Positions 8,812 to 19,453 of a stretch of 64,000 nucleotides of DNA are shown here, piece by piece. A model generated the notes under the pieces. That model ran no database searches. It was not told the DNA's origin and saw only the letters and a list, made by a program, of their open reading frames with translations. Source of the DNA: an uncultured Verrucomicrobiae bacterium (GTDB lineage: Bacteria; Verrucomicrobiota; Verrucomicrobiia; Chthoniobacterales; JAFAMB01); NCBI GenBank assembly GCA_963762565.1, contig CAVXLD010000011.1:96001-160000 (forward strand), given 5' to 3'. Numbering within the stretch: the stretch's first letter is position 1; the number at the start of each line of letters is the position of its first letter. A program made the position numbers and the translations under genes.

Positions 8812-9891
8812 GTGAACCGTGAACCGCGAACTGCGGACCCAGGAGGGCGAACTGCAAACCGCTTAACCAGCCAAGATATCGCTCGAGCTGCTGGAGTGTC
8901 TCGGACCACGGTTTCATTGGTGCTGAACGGTAAAGAAGACACGGGTATTAGCGCCCGGACTCAGGCTAGGGTCTTGGAGACCGCTGCCAGCTTCGGTTAT
9001 GTGCCGAATTCGGCGGCGCGCATGTTAGTGAGTGGCCGGAGCCGGACGCTGGGGTTAATCCTTGCCCATGGAGACCTGATGAGCTTCGACGCTTTTGCGC
9101 CTCCGCTAATGTTCGGGATTAGTCGCGTTTGTAATGCCAGAGGGTACAAACTGTTAATCGAGGCAGTTGAAGGAGAACGCCGGAGAAACGGTTATTTGGA
9201 TTTGGTAAAAAGCAAAAGCATTGATGCACTTATCGTATTGAATTCGAGCGCCGAGGACGAGGGCCTGGCGCGGTTGATTGATTCACAATTTCCGGTGATC
9301 CTCTTCGGTTCGATTGGTCATCCCAAAGAGAATTCGGTCCGGTCCGGGACGGACCGAGCGGCTGAATTGGTTACCCGGCACCTCTTGAAACTGGGTCACC
9401 GCCGAGTGGCACACATCACCTATGCTCCAAAACGGTACACGGGCCCGATGGATCGATTCCACGCCTTTCGGCGAGCTTTGGACAAGGCAGGGGCGCGATT
9501 CGATGAGAAACTGCTGGCCTACGGAGACTTCACCGCCGAGAGCGGATATCGGGCCATGTGGGAAATCCTCAGACGCGACAGGCGGTTCACGGCGCTTTTT
9601 GCCGGCAACGACACCATAGCGGTCGGTGCGATGGCTGCCCTAAGAGAAGCAGGGCTATCGGTTCCCCGCGATGTGGCGGTAGTTGGTTTTGACGATCTTC
9701 CGATTGCTGCTTACTCCCAACCAACTCTGACTACCGTCAACACCGAGCCAATCGTTCAGGGAGAATATGCGGCGTTAGCCGCCTTTGAGTTACTCGATGG
9801 TCGTCGAGTCGGCACCAGAAAATGTAAACTCTCTTTAAACCTAATCCTCAGAGAGTCCTGCGGCGCGAAACTCGCCAAGCGTGAGAAGTGA
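8812..9891 (+). CDS. LacI family transcriptional regulator
   Basis: HTH TSQDIARAAGVSRTTVSLVLN, YVPNSAAR, VVGFDD; start uncertain (GTG 8812 within a heptamer repeat, or 8734). Confidence 0.92.
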   Translation: MNREPRTADPGGRTANRLTSQDIARAAGVSRTTVSLVLNGKEDTGISARTQARVLETAASFGYVPNSAARMLVSGRSRTLGLILAHGDLMSFDAFAPPLMFGISRVCNARGYKLLIEAVEGERRRNGYLDLVKSKSIDALIVLNSSAEDEGLARLIDSQFPVILFGSIGHPKENSVRSGTDRAAELVTRHLLKLGHRRVAHITYAPKRYTGPMDRFHAFRRALDKAGARFDEKLLAYGDFTAESGYRAMWEILRRDRRFTALFAGNDTIAVGAMAALREAGLSVPRDVAVVGFDDLPIAAYSQPTLTTVNTEPIVQGEYAALAAFELLDGRRVGTRKCKLSLNLILRESCGAKLAKREK

Positions 9892-9913
9892 GAAGTGAGA
9901 GGTGAGAGGCGGC

Positions 9914-10381
9914 CTAGGGTGTTGGCTCATCCAAATCACCAATGAACACATCGTCGGTTAGCAATGGTTCTTCGTTTACTATTCCTCGATAGTCTGTGTC
10001 GGAGGAGTACTTACAAAAGTCCGCGGCGCGATCGATCATTCGGGCAAGCATTGACGTTATTGAAGACCAATCATTGTCCATTCTTTCGAATCGGTCTAAA
10101 GCGAGATAGCCCATATCAAGGGCATCATCGAGCCACGATTGCGTCTCCGTGGCTTCCCCCAACGCCTCGTCTATCTTGCTAATAAAGGCCGCGCGGTAAC
10201 GGCGTCGCGCCCATCCCTCAGCGATGAGCGCCTTCGTCGCCCGGGCAGAGCGACGAATCTGATCCGTTAGCTCATGCTTCTCCTCGCGGGGAAAAACTCT
10301 TGTTACCTCAAAAATCTCGGAAACCGCTTTTCGAGCGAGCTGATAAACTCTCAAATGACGAAACGATTTCGCAACGCCCAT
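9914..10381 (-). CDS. Four-helix-bundle protein (23S rRNA IVS protein/TIGR02436-like)
   Basis: SFRHLRVYQ...FPREEKHELTDQIRRSA...IAEGWARR...EALGEATETQSWL; flanked by inverted heptamer arrays. Confidence 0.88.
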   Translation of the reverse strand: MGVAKSFRHLRVYQLARKAVSEIFEVTRVFPREEKHELTDQIRRSARATKALIAEGWARRRYRAAFISKIDEALGEATETQSWLDDALDMGYLALDRFERMDNDWSSITSMLARMIDRAADFCKYSSDTDYRGIVNEEPLLTDDVFIGDLDEPTP

Positions 10382-10433
10382 ACCCCAACCACCTCTCACT
10401 TCTCACCAATCACCTCTCACTTCTCACGGCTAA

Positions 10434-13400
10434 TTATTGTCCCCATTCTTTCTTCAACGAAGTCCTTGCTGCGTTGTGGTCCCGGTCTGCTTGACCTTTC
10501 TCCTTTTGCCACTGGGTGAGCTTTTGCTTCCATTGGGTTTGGGTGGGGCCCGTGGAATTTTTTATCTGGTAGTCGAGATCCTGTTTCTCGGCCCTTAGCG
10601 CATTCTGTTTCGCTGCCCACTCGTTATCAAATAAGCGAAACGCTTGTTCCTTAGCTCTTTCTCGCTGTGCATCAGGAGTTGGTTTTGCTGTTGGCTTCGC
10701 TGTTGCTGCTGCAGTCCGAGATTGAGATTGATAAGTCTGACGCGTTGGCGACGGTGTGCTCCGTTGTCTGGGCGTTGGGGTAGGTCTTGGAGTAGGTCGG
10801 GGATGCGGAGTGGGCCGCGTTCGAGTCGTTTCCTCACGGCTTCTTTCGTGACTCGTCGGCTCCGGAGTTGGAGTGGCGGTTTCAGTTGGCGTCGCGATCG
10901 GAGTCGGTGTTGCGGTTGGGCTTGGTGTTGCCGTAGGAGTTGGTGTTGCGATAGGGGCCGGCGTCGTAGTTGGTGTTGGCAGCACTATCGGGACGATAGG
11001 TTGGGCCGGAGTTGTCGCTACAGTCGCGGCCGGCGAAGGAGTGGGCTTCGGCGTCTCTAATTTCGGAACCGGAGTTGAAACAGGAACCACTGTCGCCATC
11101 GGAGTGCTGCTCGGCGCGAGGGTTGGCGCGGGAGTGACGGACCCAGTGGGGGTTGAGGTAGAGGAGACTAACGACGATTTAACAGGAGTTGCCGAATTGA
11201 ACTGAACATGAAGATCAAAGCGTTGGCCTTCGGCTAGCGACACCGTGTTCATTTTGTCAGGAGCGTTAGCCGCAGCTAATAGAACCTTGTGATTGCCAGG
11301 TGGTAGCAGGGCTTGGGCGGGGAGATGCCCGATTTCTTTGCCGTCAACAAATGCGCGCGCATCCGCTCGGTCGCTGCTAATCATCAGGGTCCCGTAAGAA
11401 TGTTTGAACTGTACCGCAGTAACCCATTGTGGGTCAGGATTGATATTTTGGGTAACCGGCGCCAGGTCTCCAAAGCGCGAGCTGATTTCCAACGGACCAG
11501 AAGGCAAATTCACGGTGAGTGGGGTTTCGCCGAGTTTGGTCTTACCGAGAAAAATGCTGGCTCCAGTGGGATCACTGCTAAGCGTGACATCAGTACCCCG
11601 GAACGTGTGATTGATCTCAGCCGGGTTATTGGCTGTGAGTTCTATGGTTTCTGAATAATCCGGCCAACCCGGTTGGCTTAGGGTAATCTGATATTTGCCC
11701 ACGACTAAGTCTTCGAGGCTAGCAGGTGTTTTCCCCGAGATCGTTTTCTGGTCAGGACCGGTGAGTTTATACGCAACGCCGTTGGGAGTTGTTGTTAGCT
11801 GAATTTTTCCTGACTCCCTGGCCAGAGCGATGAGGCCGAGGTCTGCAGTGGCTCCGTCTTTCACCGAGAACTCAATCGGACGCGTCAGGTAGTTCGGCAT
11901 CGCTAGTTCGATGGTCTGATCACCCACCGGCAGTGCGTAATTAACCAGCGGTGTTTTGCCGATCTCGTGTCCTTGCCAGCGGACCGTTGCGCCCGGCGGC
12001 GAAGAAGAAATTGAAAATGTGCCCGTGGCTGCCCCTTGATTGGCTAATCCGGGTGAAAAGCGCTCGAAGACTTTGTATCCGAAGAAGCCGAGGCCGACAG
12101 CCGCCAAAGCCCAGAGAATCAGGGCAATCGGGCCACGGAACCGTCTCGGCTGGCGCGACGGCGGCACCGCTGGAGTAATCTCGCCTGGGGCAGAACTCGC
12201 GCCAGGCGTAGCCTCCCGGAGTTTAAACGACGGGGCGAAGTCTGGCTCGATCGGCGCCACCTCTTTTGCCGCTCCAGGTAGAGTAACCCCTGACTTCGGC
12301 AGTGGCACATCCACCGCATACTTGATCACTTCTGATTGGAAGTCGCGGCGATTAAAACGTTCCAGCTCCGCAAAAAAGTCGACCGCTGACGGGAAATAAT
12401 CCGGGTCTAGCAATGCCCGTCGTAGCACGGTATTGCCATTTTCCGTTAGCTTGGGCAAAGGGGCAAAACGCGAGACACCCGCTGCTGATCCAGAAGGATT
12501 CGGCACGCCGCCCAAGAGTTCGTACAGCAAGGCGGCTAACTGGCGGACAGGATGGTCCGAAAAAACCAAGTTCGATCCTGTAACCAGTGTTTCTGTTGGT
12601 TCAGCCGGCTGCACATCTGTGCAGAGGTCAAGCGTGTCCGCTTTAACTGAATAGGTTGGCCAAGAACTCAACGGGCTGGGTTGCAAGCTTTCAACGTCCC
12701 TAGCGTCCTCAGCAAATGCGACCAATGTTTTTCGCAGCTTGATCACACCCTTAAGTTCTTGGCGATCAGTCAGGAAATCTAACACCGAGGCGAATGGCCT
12801 GGCTAAAACAAGTACTTCCGGCCAACTTAGCTCACGGCGCACGCGGAGTAGGTCTAATAAGGTAAATCCGTGAATCCATTCACTGACCACAACTAGGGTG
12901 TTCTCGTACTGTTCGACGTCATTTATGGCGACTAGATTCGGGTGCCGGATGTCACGGAGGAAATAGAATTGCTCGGCTTCTCTGGGATCCGAAATCGGGA
13001 GCTGTTTTGGTAGAAAAACTCTTAAGCTCACCGGTTGCTGACTCTGCAAATCGACCGCTCGAAACACCGAGGTATCTGCAGCCCATCTTTGCTTAACTTC
13101 GTAGCGATTAGCAATAATCTGTCCGGTGGAAAACAGAGAATCAGGAATGCTGGCGGACTGGGCTACAGGAAGAGTGAGTGAGGTCGTTGCTGCCATTGGC
13201 TCGACTTCCTTAAGCAACTGATCAAGCGTCTGGCTCAGTTCGAGCGGACTTTGAAACCGGTCTTCCGGGGCCTTGGCGAGCATCTTACGAAGGAGATCAG
13301 CGACCGGTGAAGGCATCTGGCGAAGCACTTCTTCGGGCGGTGGAACCGCCATGTGATCGTAAATGACTTCTGCGATTGACCCTCGGAATGGTGGCTGGCT

Positions 13401-14057
13401 TGTCATCATGAACCACAGGGTTGCGCCTAGAGAATAAATATCCGATCGCAGGTCGACGTTTTGTTCTTTGAGCTGCTCCGGACTGGCAAAGTGGGGTGTA
13501 CCTACAAAGCCTCCCACCGTGATAGCGCCAGACAAATCAGCGCCCACAAGTGATTTTGCTAACCCAAAATCGATTACCTTCACCTGGATATGCTCGTCGT
13601 CCTCGCTGTGAACGAGCATAATGTTTGATGGTTTAATGTCGCGGTGGACCAGTCGTTGTCTTTCGGCCGCGATCAGCGCGCGCGTCACTTGACGAACAAT
13701 GCGCAGGGCCAGATCGAGGCGGATCGGTCCCGTCCGCTGGACTCTGCGTTCGACCGTTTCCCCATCGACATATTCCATCGCATAAAAGAACCCGGCGTCG
13801 GTTTCTCCCAAATGGAATACGCGCGCCACGTTAGGATGGGAAAGTTGAGCGGCGGAACGTGCTTCTCGAATGAAACGCTGTTTGACTGAGTCGCTGGTAA
13901 TAAGTTGAGCGTTTATGACTTTCAGCGCGACGTCGTACCGAAGGTTAGTGTCAAAAGCTTTATAGGTTATACCCATGGCGCCGCGTCCCAGTTCCCACGG
14001 CGTTCCATCCGGCCTCTGCAAAATGCGGAAATGCTGAAAGGAATCGGTATTACTCAT
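10434..14057 (-). CDS. Membrane Ser/Thr protein kinase with second degenerate kinase domain, TM, PEGA repeats and Pro/Thr-rich tail
   Basis: GRGAMG, VALK, HRDIKPSN, DFG, SPE; TM PIALILWALAAVGLGFFGY; PEGA-like ISSSPPGATV...GKTP repeats. Confidence 0.9.
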   Translation of the reverse strand: MSNTDSFQHFRILQRPDGTPWELGRGAMGITYKAFDTNLRYDVALKVINAQLITSDSVKQRFIREARSAAQLSHPNVARVFHLGETDAGFFYAMEYVDGETVERRVQRTGPIRLDLALRIVRQVTRALIAAERQRLVHRDIKPSNIMLVHSEDDEHIQVKVIDFGLAKSLVGADLSGAITVGGFVGTPHFASPEQLKEQNVDLRSDIYSLGATLWFMMTSQPPFRGSIAEVIYDHMAVPPPEEVLRQMPSPVADLLRKMLAKAPEDRFQSPLELSQTLDQLLKEVEPMAATTSLTLPVAQSASIPDSLFSTGQIIANRYEVKQRWAADTSVFRAVDLQSQQPVSLRVFLPKQLPISDPREAEQFYFLRDIRHPNLVAINDVEQYENTLVVVSEWIHGFTLLDLLRVRRELSWPEVLVLARPFASVLDFLTDRQELKGVIKLRKTLVAFAEDARDVESLQPSPLSSWPTYSVKADTLDLCTDVQPAEPTETLVTGSNLVFSDHPVRQLAALLYELLGGVPNPSGSAAGVSRFAPLPKLTENGNTVLRRALLDPDYFPSAVDFFAELERFNRRDFQSEVIKYAVDVPLPKSGVTLPGAAKEVAPIEPDFAPSFKLREATPGASSAPGEITPAVPPSRQPRRFRGPIALILWALAAVGLGFFGYKVFERFSPGLANQGAATGTFSISSSPPGATVRWQGHEIGKTPLVNYALPVGDQTIELAMPNYLTRPIEFSVKDGATADLGLIALARESGKIQLTTTPNGVAYKLTGPDQKTISGKTPASLEDLVVGKYQITLSQPGWPDYSETIELTANNPAEINHTFRGTDVTLSSDPTGASIFLGKTKLGETPLTVNLPSGPLEISSRFGDLAPVTQNINPDPQWVTAVQFKHSYGTLMISSDRADARAFVDGKEIGHLPAQALLPPGNHKVLLAAANAPDKMNTVSLAEGQRFDLHVQFNSATPVKSSLVSSTSTPTGSVTPAPTLAPSSTPMATVVPVSTPVPKLETPKPTPSPAATVATTPAQPIVPIVLPTPTTTPAPIATPTPTATPSPTATPTPIATPTETATPTPEPTSHERSREETTRTRPTPHPRPTPRPTPTPRQRSTPSPTRQTYQSQSRTAAATAKPTAKPTPDAQRERAKEQAFRLFDNEWAAKQNALRAEKQDLDYQIKNSTGPTQTQWKQKLTQWQKEKGQADRDHNAARTSLKKEWGQ

Positions 14058-14415
14058 GCCGCCATCCTTGCTGAAGTTCCTCCTTGCGCGTGAGCGCTTT
14101 GTTATCCCGATTGCTGAGATTACACAGGGTGCTTCGGCAGGATTTCGGCGTGATTATACGAGCCGGCTTGGAGGTCCTGTCTCTCCTCCACCTACGATAA
14201 CATTCCTTGCCGTTGCCAATGCCAGAGCCCATGGTTCGAACCTGCCGTTGCTCCTACCTTCGTCGCAGCCGAAAATGATTCTGCGAAAAGCATCCGATAA
14301 TGCAAAGAATAAAACGGTTGTAGATTAAACTGGTTGTGAGTGGCACGGGCTGTGCGAGTTACGACAGGCGGTCTATGTTAGGTCCTTCGTTCTCTTCCTT
14401 GGCGTCGTCCTGGTT

Positions 14416-14599
14416 GTGGAGCGCGCCTCGCTTGCGAGGCCGTGGTGAGCAAAGGCACATCGTGATGCACAACCCAACTTCTGTCAGGGCTCAATACCTC
14501 AAACCGGCATCTTAACATCCAAGGGCCAGGCGCGACTATCTGTCTGCCCGATCGTCATCCCTTGCTCACCACGGCCTCGCAAGCGAGGCAGCGCTCCAC
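14416..14599. repeat. REP-doublet (family B, GTGGAGCG..GCCTCGCTTGCGAGGCCG)
   Basis: Inverted pair of palindromic units; also ~45761-46030, 47209-47647, 51115-51545, 53860-54105, 58811-58838. Confidence 0.88.
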
Positions 14600-14773
14600 G
14601 GTTCCGACCGCGCAGCCCCGTCGTGTAACGCTCCAAGACTCTAGGCTTGTCGCGCCCCGGTTTGCTGCTTAGTATGTTCAAATGCATCGCGTAGACGCGG
14701 TGAGGAAAATGTCCTCTTTCTGGGTTCGACAGCGCTCTTTTTGGCGTAGCGACAACCTGCCATTCCTTTCTAA

Positions 14774-15049
14774 ATGAGCCTGAATACGCGCCGGGTAGCT
14801 GCTGTTATTGTAAAAGGAGTTGAGCTCCGACCGGGAGATCGAGTCAAGATCCAACCGAAACATCACGAGGTCTTTTCCAGCACGGTGCTCACGGGAAAGA
14901 TCGGTGTCATTGAGGCGTTCGAACAAGACACCGAAAGTCGAGTCCACGTTGCTTTGGTGCTGGAGCGGGATGGAGCTGAGGGAGGGGCGGCGCCAAACCG
15001 GCCCGGCGAGCGGTTTTTGTTTACCCTGGACGAAATCGAGCCCGTTTAG
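14774..15049 (+). CDS. Small hypothetical protein, KOW/SH3-like
   Basis: 91-aa ORF with GVELRPGDRVKIQP...FLFTLDEIEPV; protein-like composition. Confidence 0.65.
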   Translation: MSLNTRRVAAVIVKGVELRPGDRVKIQPKHHEVFSSTVLTGKIGVIEAFEQDTESRVHVALVLERDGAEGGAAPNRPGERFLFTLDEIEPV

Positions 15050-15232
15050 CGGTAGGGCGAGGGCCTGACCCGGGAGGGCGCGCTGCCTGTCCGCCATAGC
15101 TTTAGCGACGGAGGATCCCCGCGCGCCACGAAGACGTTCAAGACCTAGAGACGTAATTTAGCCCCACGGTTTCCGAACGTGTGAAGCTCCGGTCATAACG
15201 GATCGCGGGGACGAGATCCCTCCCTACGTTGC

Positions 15233-16603
15233 CTACTGCACCTTATACGGCACCAGTTTGCGGCTCGCTATGTCGACCGTAACAGAATCATCTGGTGTTT
15301 TGGCGGCTTCGCCGTCTGAGGATGGATGATATTCGATCCGAAGCTGTTCCTGGTCGGCGATGATTCGTAGATAACCATATTCAGCATCGTCGTAGTTTTC
15401 GAAAACGACTTGGTCTTTTCCGTTCGAAAGAGGCGCTTGAACTGCCGGGGTCCGCAAAGTCGGCATACCCTTCGTCGTTAGGGGTTGAATGGCGTGTCCT
15501 CCGTTACCTGCAACCACAAAAGGCGTCTCCCGGTCGTCGAGAGAACGGGTGAAACGCTGATAGTTATGAGCGTGACCTGACAGGACGGCGTGCGGCCAGA
15601 CCCCAGTACTAGCGCAGGTCGTATCGATGTCCTTCAACATCAGCGGACTCCCGCCGTGCCGCCCGGTATTTATTTTCGGAGATCGCGTTACAGCCACGTA
15701 GGGCGGGTGATGCACCGCGATGATGACTGCCCCGGGGAACTTCTCTTTTTTAACCCGTTGTAACGCAGTCTGTAGATACGTCAATTGAGCGTCTGTCAGT
15801 GAAGGATAAGCGCCATCCTGATCAGAAATCACACCGGGATCTTCCAAACAGTTGCTATAAAGGCCTAGGATGCGAACGAATGGAGCTTCCAGCGTAAAGT
15901 ACACTCCGGGTTGAACTTGTGCAGTTCTCGCTAAACCACCCGATTCTGCCGTCCGGTGCGGTGGTTGTCCAACGGCACAAAAGTTCTCCCGGAAAGCGGC
16001 TAGCGATTCCGCCGAGGAATTTGGCGCCACCATACCGTCGTGATTACCCGGCACTGCAAAAATGGGGGCAGGATAGTTGCGGAACGGGTCGTAGAATTGG
16101 TCGTAGTAGTATTCGGATTCACCGAAGCTGTAGACCACATCTCCCAGGTGATACAAAAATGAGGGAACAGCTCTGGGATCCGCTTCGGTGTAGTCGCTAA
16201 CCATCTTGTCGGCAACCAGCTCCATGTCATGTGGTCCCTTGGTGTTGCCGGTGTCGCCAACTGAGTGGAAGACGACCTGTCCAGCCCTGGTAATAGCATC
16301 TTCGATATCTGATCCCTTCTTTCCAAGTGCGTCTGCCAAAGTTAACCGCGGCTCGGAGTCACTTGCGATCGGGAAAGGAAGCGGCTGTAAAGATCCTTTT
16401 TGGCTGTCTAGAATTTTGTAAGCTTGGCTATCAGACCCATGCTTAACCGTGAATTTAGTGGGATCTGGTGTCGGCGCAGGTTCACCAAATCGTGGTCCGT
16501 TTGTCGGAATTATTTGTGAGTTTTCCGGATTGGAATCAGACGGCACCGAATCTGTCGATGGTTCCGTTGTCCCCGAATCTCTGGATTTAGAACGGCGTGC
16601 CAT
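15233..16603 (-). CDS. Metallophosphoesterase (purple acid phosphatase-like)
   Basis: GDTG, GDVVY, GNHD, HHPPY and GHAH motifs. Confidence 0.9.
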   Translation of the reverse strand: MARRSKSRDSGTTEPSTDSVPSDSNPENSQIIPTNGPRFGEPAPTPDPTKFTVKHGSDSQAYKILDSQKGSLQPLPFPIASDSEPRLTLADALGKKGSDIEDAITRAGQVVFHSVGDTGNTKGPHDMELVADKMVSDYTEADPRAVPSFLYHLGDVVYSFGESEYYYDQFYDPFRNYPAPIFAVPGNHDGMVAPNSSAESLAAFRENFCAVGQPPHRTAESGGLARTAQVQPGVYFTLEAPFVRILGLYSNCLEDPGVISDQDGAYPSLTDAQLTYLQTALQRVKKEKFPGAVIIAVHHPPYVAVTRSPKINTGRHGGSPLMLKDIDTTCASTGVWPHAVLSGHAHNYQRFTRSLDDRETPFVVAGNGGHAIQPLTTKGMPTLRTPAVQAPLSNGKDQVVFENYDDAEYGYLRIIADQEQLRIEYHPSSDGEAAKTPDDSVTVDIASRKLVPYKVQ

Positions 16604-16981
16604 ACGTGGTGTTTTGATGGGGTAACTAAGCCCAACATCGCCTATAACCACGCACCGCGCTTTTCGGAATATGTTACAACATTGCTACTTGACGTGGATC
16701 ATCGGGGGCTTCGTTCTCGTCGTCGTCGTTCTTCTAATGAACATAGGCCCATCGCCGGGAGGGATCGCTGCCTGTCCGACATAGCCTTCTCTTCCTAGTT
16801 CCTTTTCTCCCAAATGAGGCGACGTCGGATCCTCGCGATCCTTCGTTCTCGAAGCCCAGTGAAAGGCCCAATCCAGCGTTGGAGTATGTCCGAAATTATA
16901 GAGCCGTTCGCGGCGCGCGAGGACGCGCGCCCTCCCACGCCGCGTTCGACCGATGTAACGCTTCCCAGCGTTATCCACCGA

Positions 16982-18151
16982 TCAAAGCTCGCGTTCCGCC
17001 GCATCGGCTTCTGATGCAAGTTCGTTCACTACGTCGAAGAACTGGGATGATTGTCCGTCGAATAGGCCGCTTCCGGTGAATCCAGCAATGGCTGCTATGG
17101 CGCCCGCAACTTGGTCGTCACTTGGGCGGATCACTGCACATGGAGGTAAGCTCGCGCTGATAAACTCGCACGGGATCGGGAAGATCAAGTTCGGCTGAAA
17201 CTCTGGCGTTCCCGGATTTTTGAAGAAATTGGGGAACGTTAGGCCGCCGCTCGTGACAGGCGCCACCGGCGTTTGAACTCCATTGCCTGCGAAATCCACC
17301 CATTCCAAAAAATGGGCGACTTCATCGCCGCCAATACCTAGCGTAATTTTTAAAACCTCTAGACTCGTGACTTTCTGGCTGAGCGTAGCATAGAGACTTG
17401 ATCCGCCTTGTTCAATGGTCCCGAAATGGAACGCCGCAGTGTTAGCGATAACCTGAATGCGATCCTTATTCTTCATGTCGGCGTTAGTAATAGGGATCGC
17501 GGTTCGGTTAACGATATTGATCGCTTGCGGAAATGTGGCCCCGAAGTCTGGGTTAGTTGTGCTGCGGTACCGAATGAACCAGCTGGTATCGACGTTGAGG
17601 TTCATGAGGTTGGTGAGACGCAGTTCACTGGCTGACCCGGACACTGGTGTTGCCTGGCTGCCCGTAAGGGTCTGAAACGGGCTGAGATCAACCGGCTCGG
17701 CGCCTTTGGAGACTAAGTACGCATTGAGGAAGGCGGCGTGACTCTGTTCGTCAAGCGTGTTGCTGGTGATGTATTGTGGACCGTCAGAGTCCAGATTCGA
17801 TAGAGCTGTTTGATAGCCATTCAATGTCTGAGTCGGGTCATTTTCGATAGGGGGTGCGCCCGGGGTTATACCGCCCAGTTCCCGGTATTGGAGCCAGAGA
17901 TCGCTCTCGATGAGTTCCGCCGCAGCCAGGAACCGAAGGATTGCCGTATCTCCTTTGGTAAGACCGCTGGTCGGACTTTTCCCGAATGCTTTCTTGCCGC
18001 TTAAGAGACCGGCCCCCACCAGTGCACTGGTGGCAGCGATGCCTTTAAGAAAAGAACGCCGTTGCAGTTGTTTTACCCTTATTGAACTAGGCGCGGATTC
18101 TGAGAATGGTCGTTCACTTGCTGATTCACTATTGCTAAATTGTCTTCTCAC
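16982..18151 (-). CDS. Tat-exported ferritin-like domain protein
   Basis: RRSFLK Tat motif; AELIE, DEQSH, IEQGG and DEVAH di-metal motifs. Confidence 0.82.
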   Translation of the reverse strand: MRRQFSNSESASERPFSESAPSSIRVKQLQRRSFLKGIAATSALVGAGLLSGKKAFGKSPTSGLTKGDTAILRFLAAAELIESDLWLQYRELGGITPGAPPIENDPTQTLNGYQTALSNLDSDGPQYITSNTLDEQSHAAFLNAYLVSKGAEPVDLSPFQTLTGSQATPVSGSASELRLTNLMNLNVDTSWFIRYRSTTNPDFGATFPQAINIVNRTAIPITNADMKNKDRIQVIANTAAFHFGTIEQGGSSLYATLSQKVTSLEVLKITLGIGGDEVAHFLEWVDFAGNGVQTPVAPVTSGGLTFPNFFKNPGTPEFQPNLIFPIPCEFISASLPPCAVIRPSDDQVAGAIAAIAGFTGSGLFDGQSSQFFDVVNELASEADAAEREL

Positions 18152-18604
18152 AGTTTTTCCCGTTAGTTAGTTTTTTGAGTTAGTCGGTAAGCAGGTTCTT
18201 TCTATTCGACGTAACGCCTGCTCATCGAGGAAGACCGTGAACGGCAAACTTTATTCCCGGCTTTAATCGCGCGACTCACCCGAAACCATCAAAATCAGCT
18301 TAAAAAGGTTTCACTGACTCGACTTGGACACGCCCAACTATGACCCGCAGTTAGTGACGGTAAAGATTCTCGGAATAATAATTAGCCGGCGGAGTCTGGA
18401 TCAGTGTTGTCACATACCCGAAAATCCCGCATGGCAATGGCTTTGCGCAACTTTGCTTGAATGTTGGGTTCCCGCCGGGAATAAATGGCAATGAACCGAG
18501 TCTCTGTAGATGCAGCCACTAGTGCATGGTAGCAGGATCAGATTTTTGGATTGTCTTTGGGTTGGCCGTCGTTTAGAACCTGTTGAGGAACAGGAGGTCT
18601 ACGC

Positions 18605-19105
18605 ATGACGCTCAACAATCCTATACCCATGCAAGTTCCTACGAAATGTCTCTGTGGACGTCTGTTGGCGCCCATTTTTTTATTGTTTGCCGTGGTTTAT
18701 CCTGTGCTCTGCAAAGCCGATGCACAGGAACAGATGCTGCAGACTACCGGCGCTCTTTGTGCTCAAGGCTTGTACCTTACTTATACCTCCGTTGGGACGT
18801 TGGCGGACGGTTTTGGGAAGAAAGTGTACGACAAGGATACGACCAGCCAGTTCCTGCAGTCGTACCTGCAAATCATTAAAAACATCAAAGACCAACTCAA
18901 TAAGCTGCAACAGTCTGGGGCCCTTCAGGGGGAAGATGTGACTTTTATGGCGAAGGTGGTCGATACTTACGACCTCCTGGCGGCGGAAGCGAACGCGTTT
19001 CAAAGCTACGTAACCAGTGGTGGCCAGGCCAACATCGATGTCTATGATGGTAAGCGAAAGGCCGCCTGGAAGAATATCAAGGAGATCTTGGGCATCAGCG
19101 AGTAG
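18605..19105 (+). CDS. Hypothetical exported helical protein
   Basis: GGAGG RBS; hydrophobic N-terminal signal; 166 aa. Confidence 0.75.
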   Translation: MTLNNPIPMQVPTKCLCGRLLAPIFLLFAVVYPVLCKADAQEQMLQTTGALCAQGLYLTYTSVGTLADGFGKKVYDKDTTSQFLQSYLQIIKNIKDQLNKLQQSGALQGEDVTFMAKVVDTYDLLAAEANAFQSYVTSGGQANIDVYDGKRKAAWKNIKEILGISE

Positions 19106-19453
19106 CCTCCATACGACCATAGAGCGAAACACGCGCAGAATCGGGCAACGCCAGCAAAAACAGGAACGATCCGCAGATTAACGTAGATTACGCTTGGCGG
19201 CGGCTCAACAACGCGAGGTAAGGGAGAACGGGTCGCCTACGAAAGCTTTGTTTCTCGCCCCGGCCGTATCAAAGCTCAAAACGAAATCTGCGTAGTCTGC
19301 GGATGATCCCCTCTGCAGCGTTGCTCGGCCTAATGAGATGCTTCGCTCTATTGTGTTGCCCGTCCGCACTTTATCATCTGCGTTCATCTGCGGTTCGTTT
19401 TCCGTTTTCGCGTCCGGCTTTTCACCAATCACCAATCACCAATCACCTGCCTT

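Noticed and set aside
9914..10381. Diversity-generating retroelement (Avd-like gene)
   Set aside because: No reverse transcriptase and no TR/VR pair with adenine-specific mismatches seen
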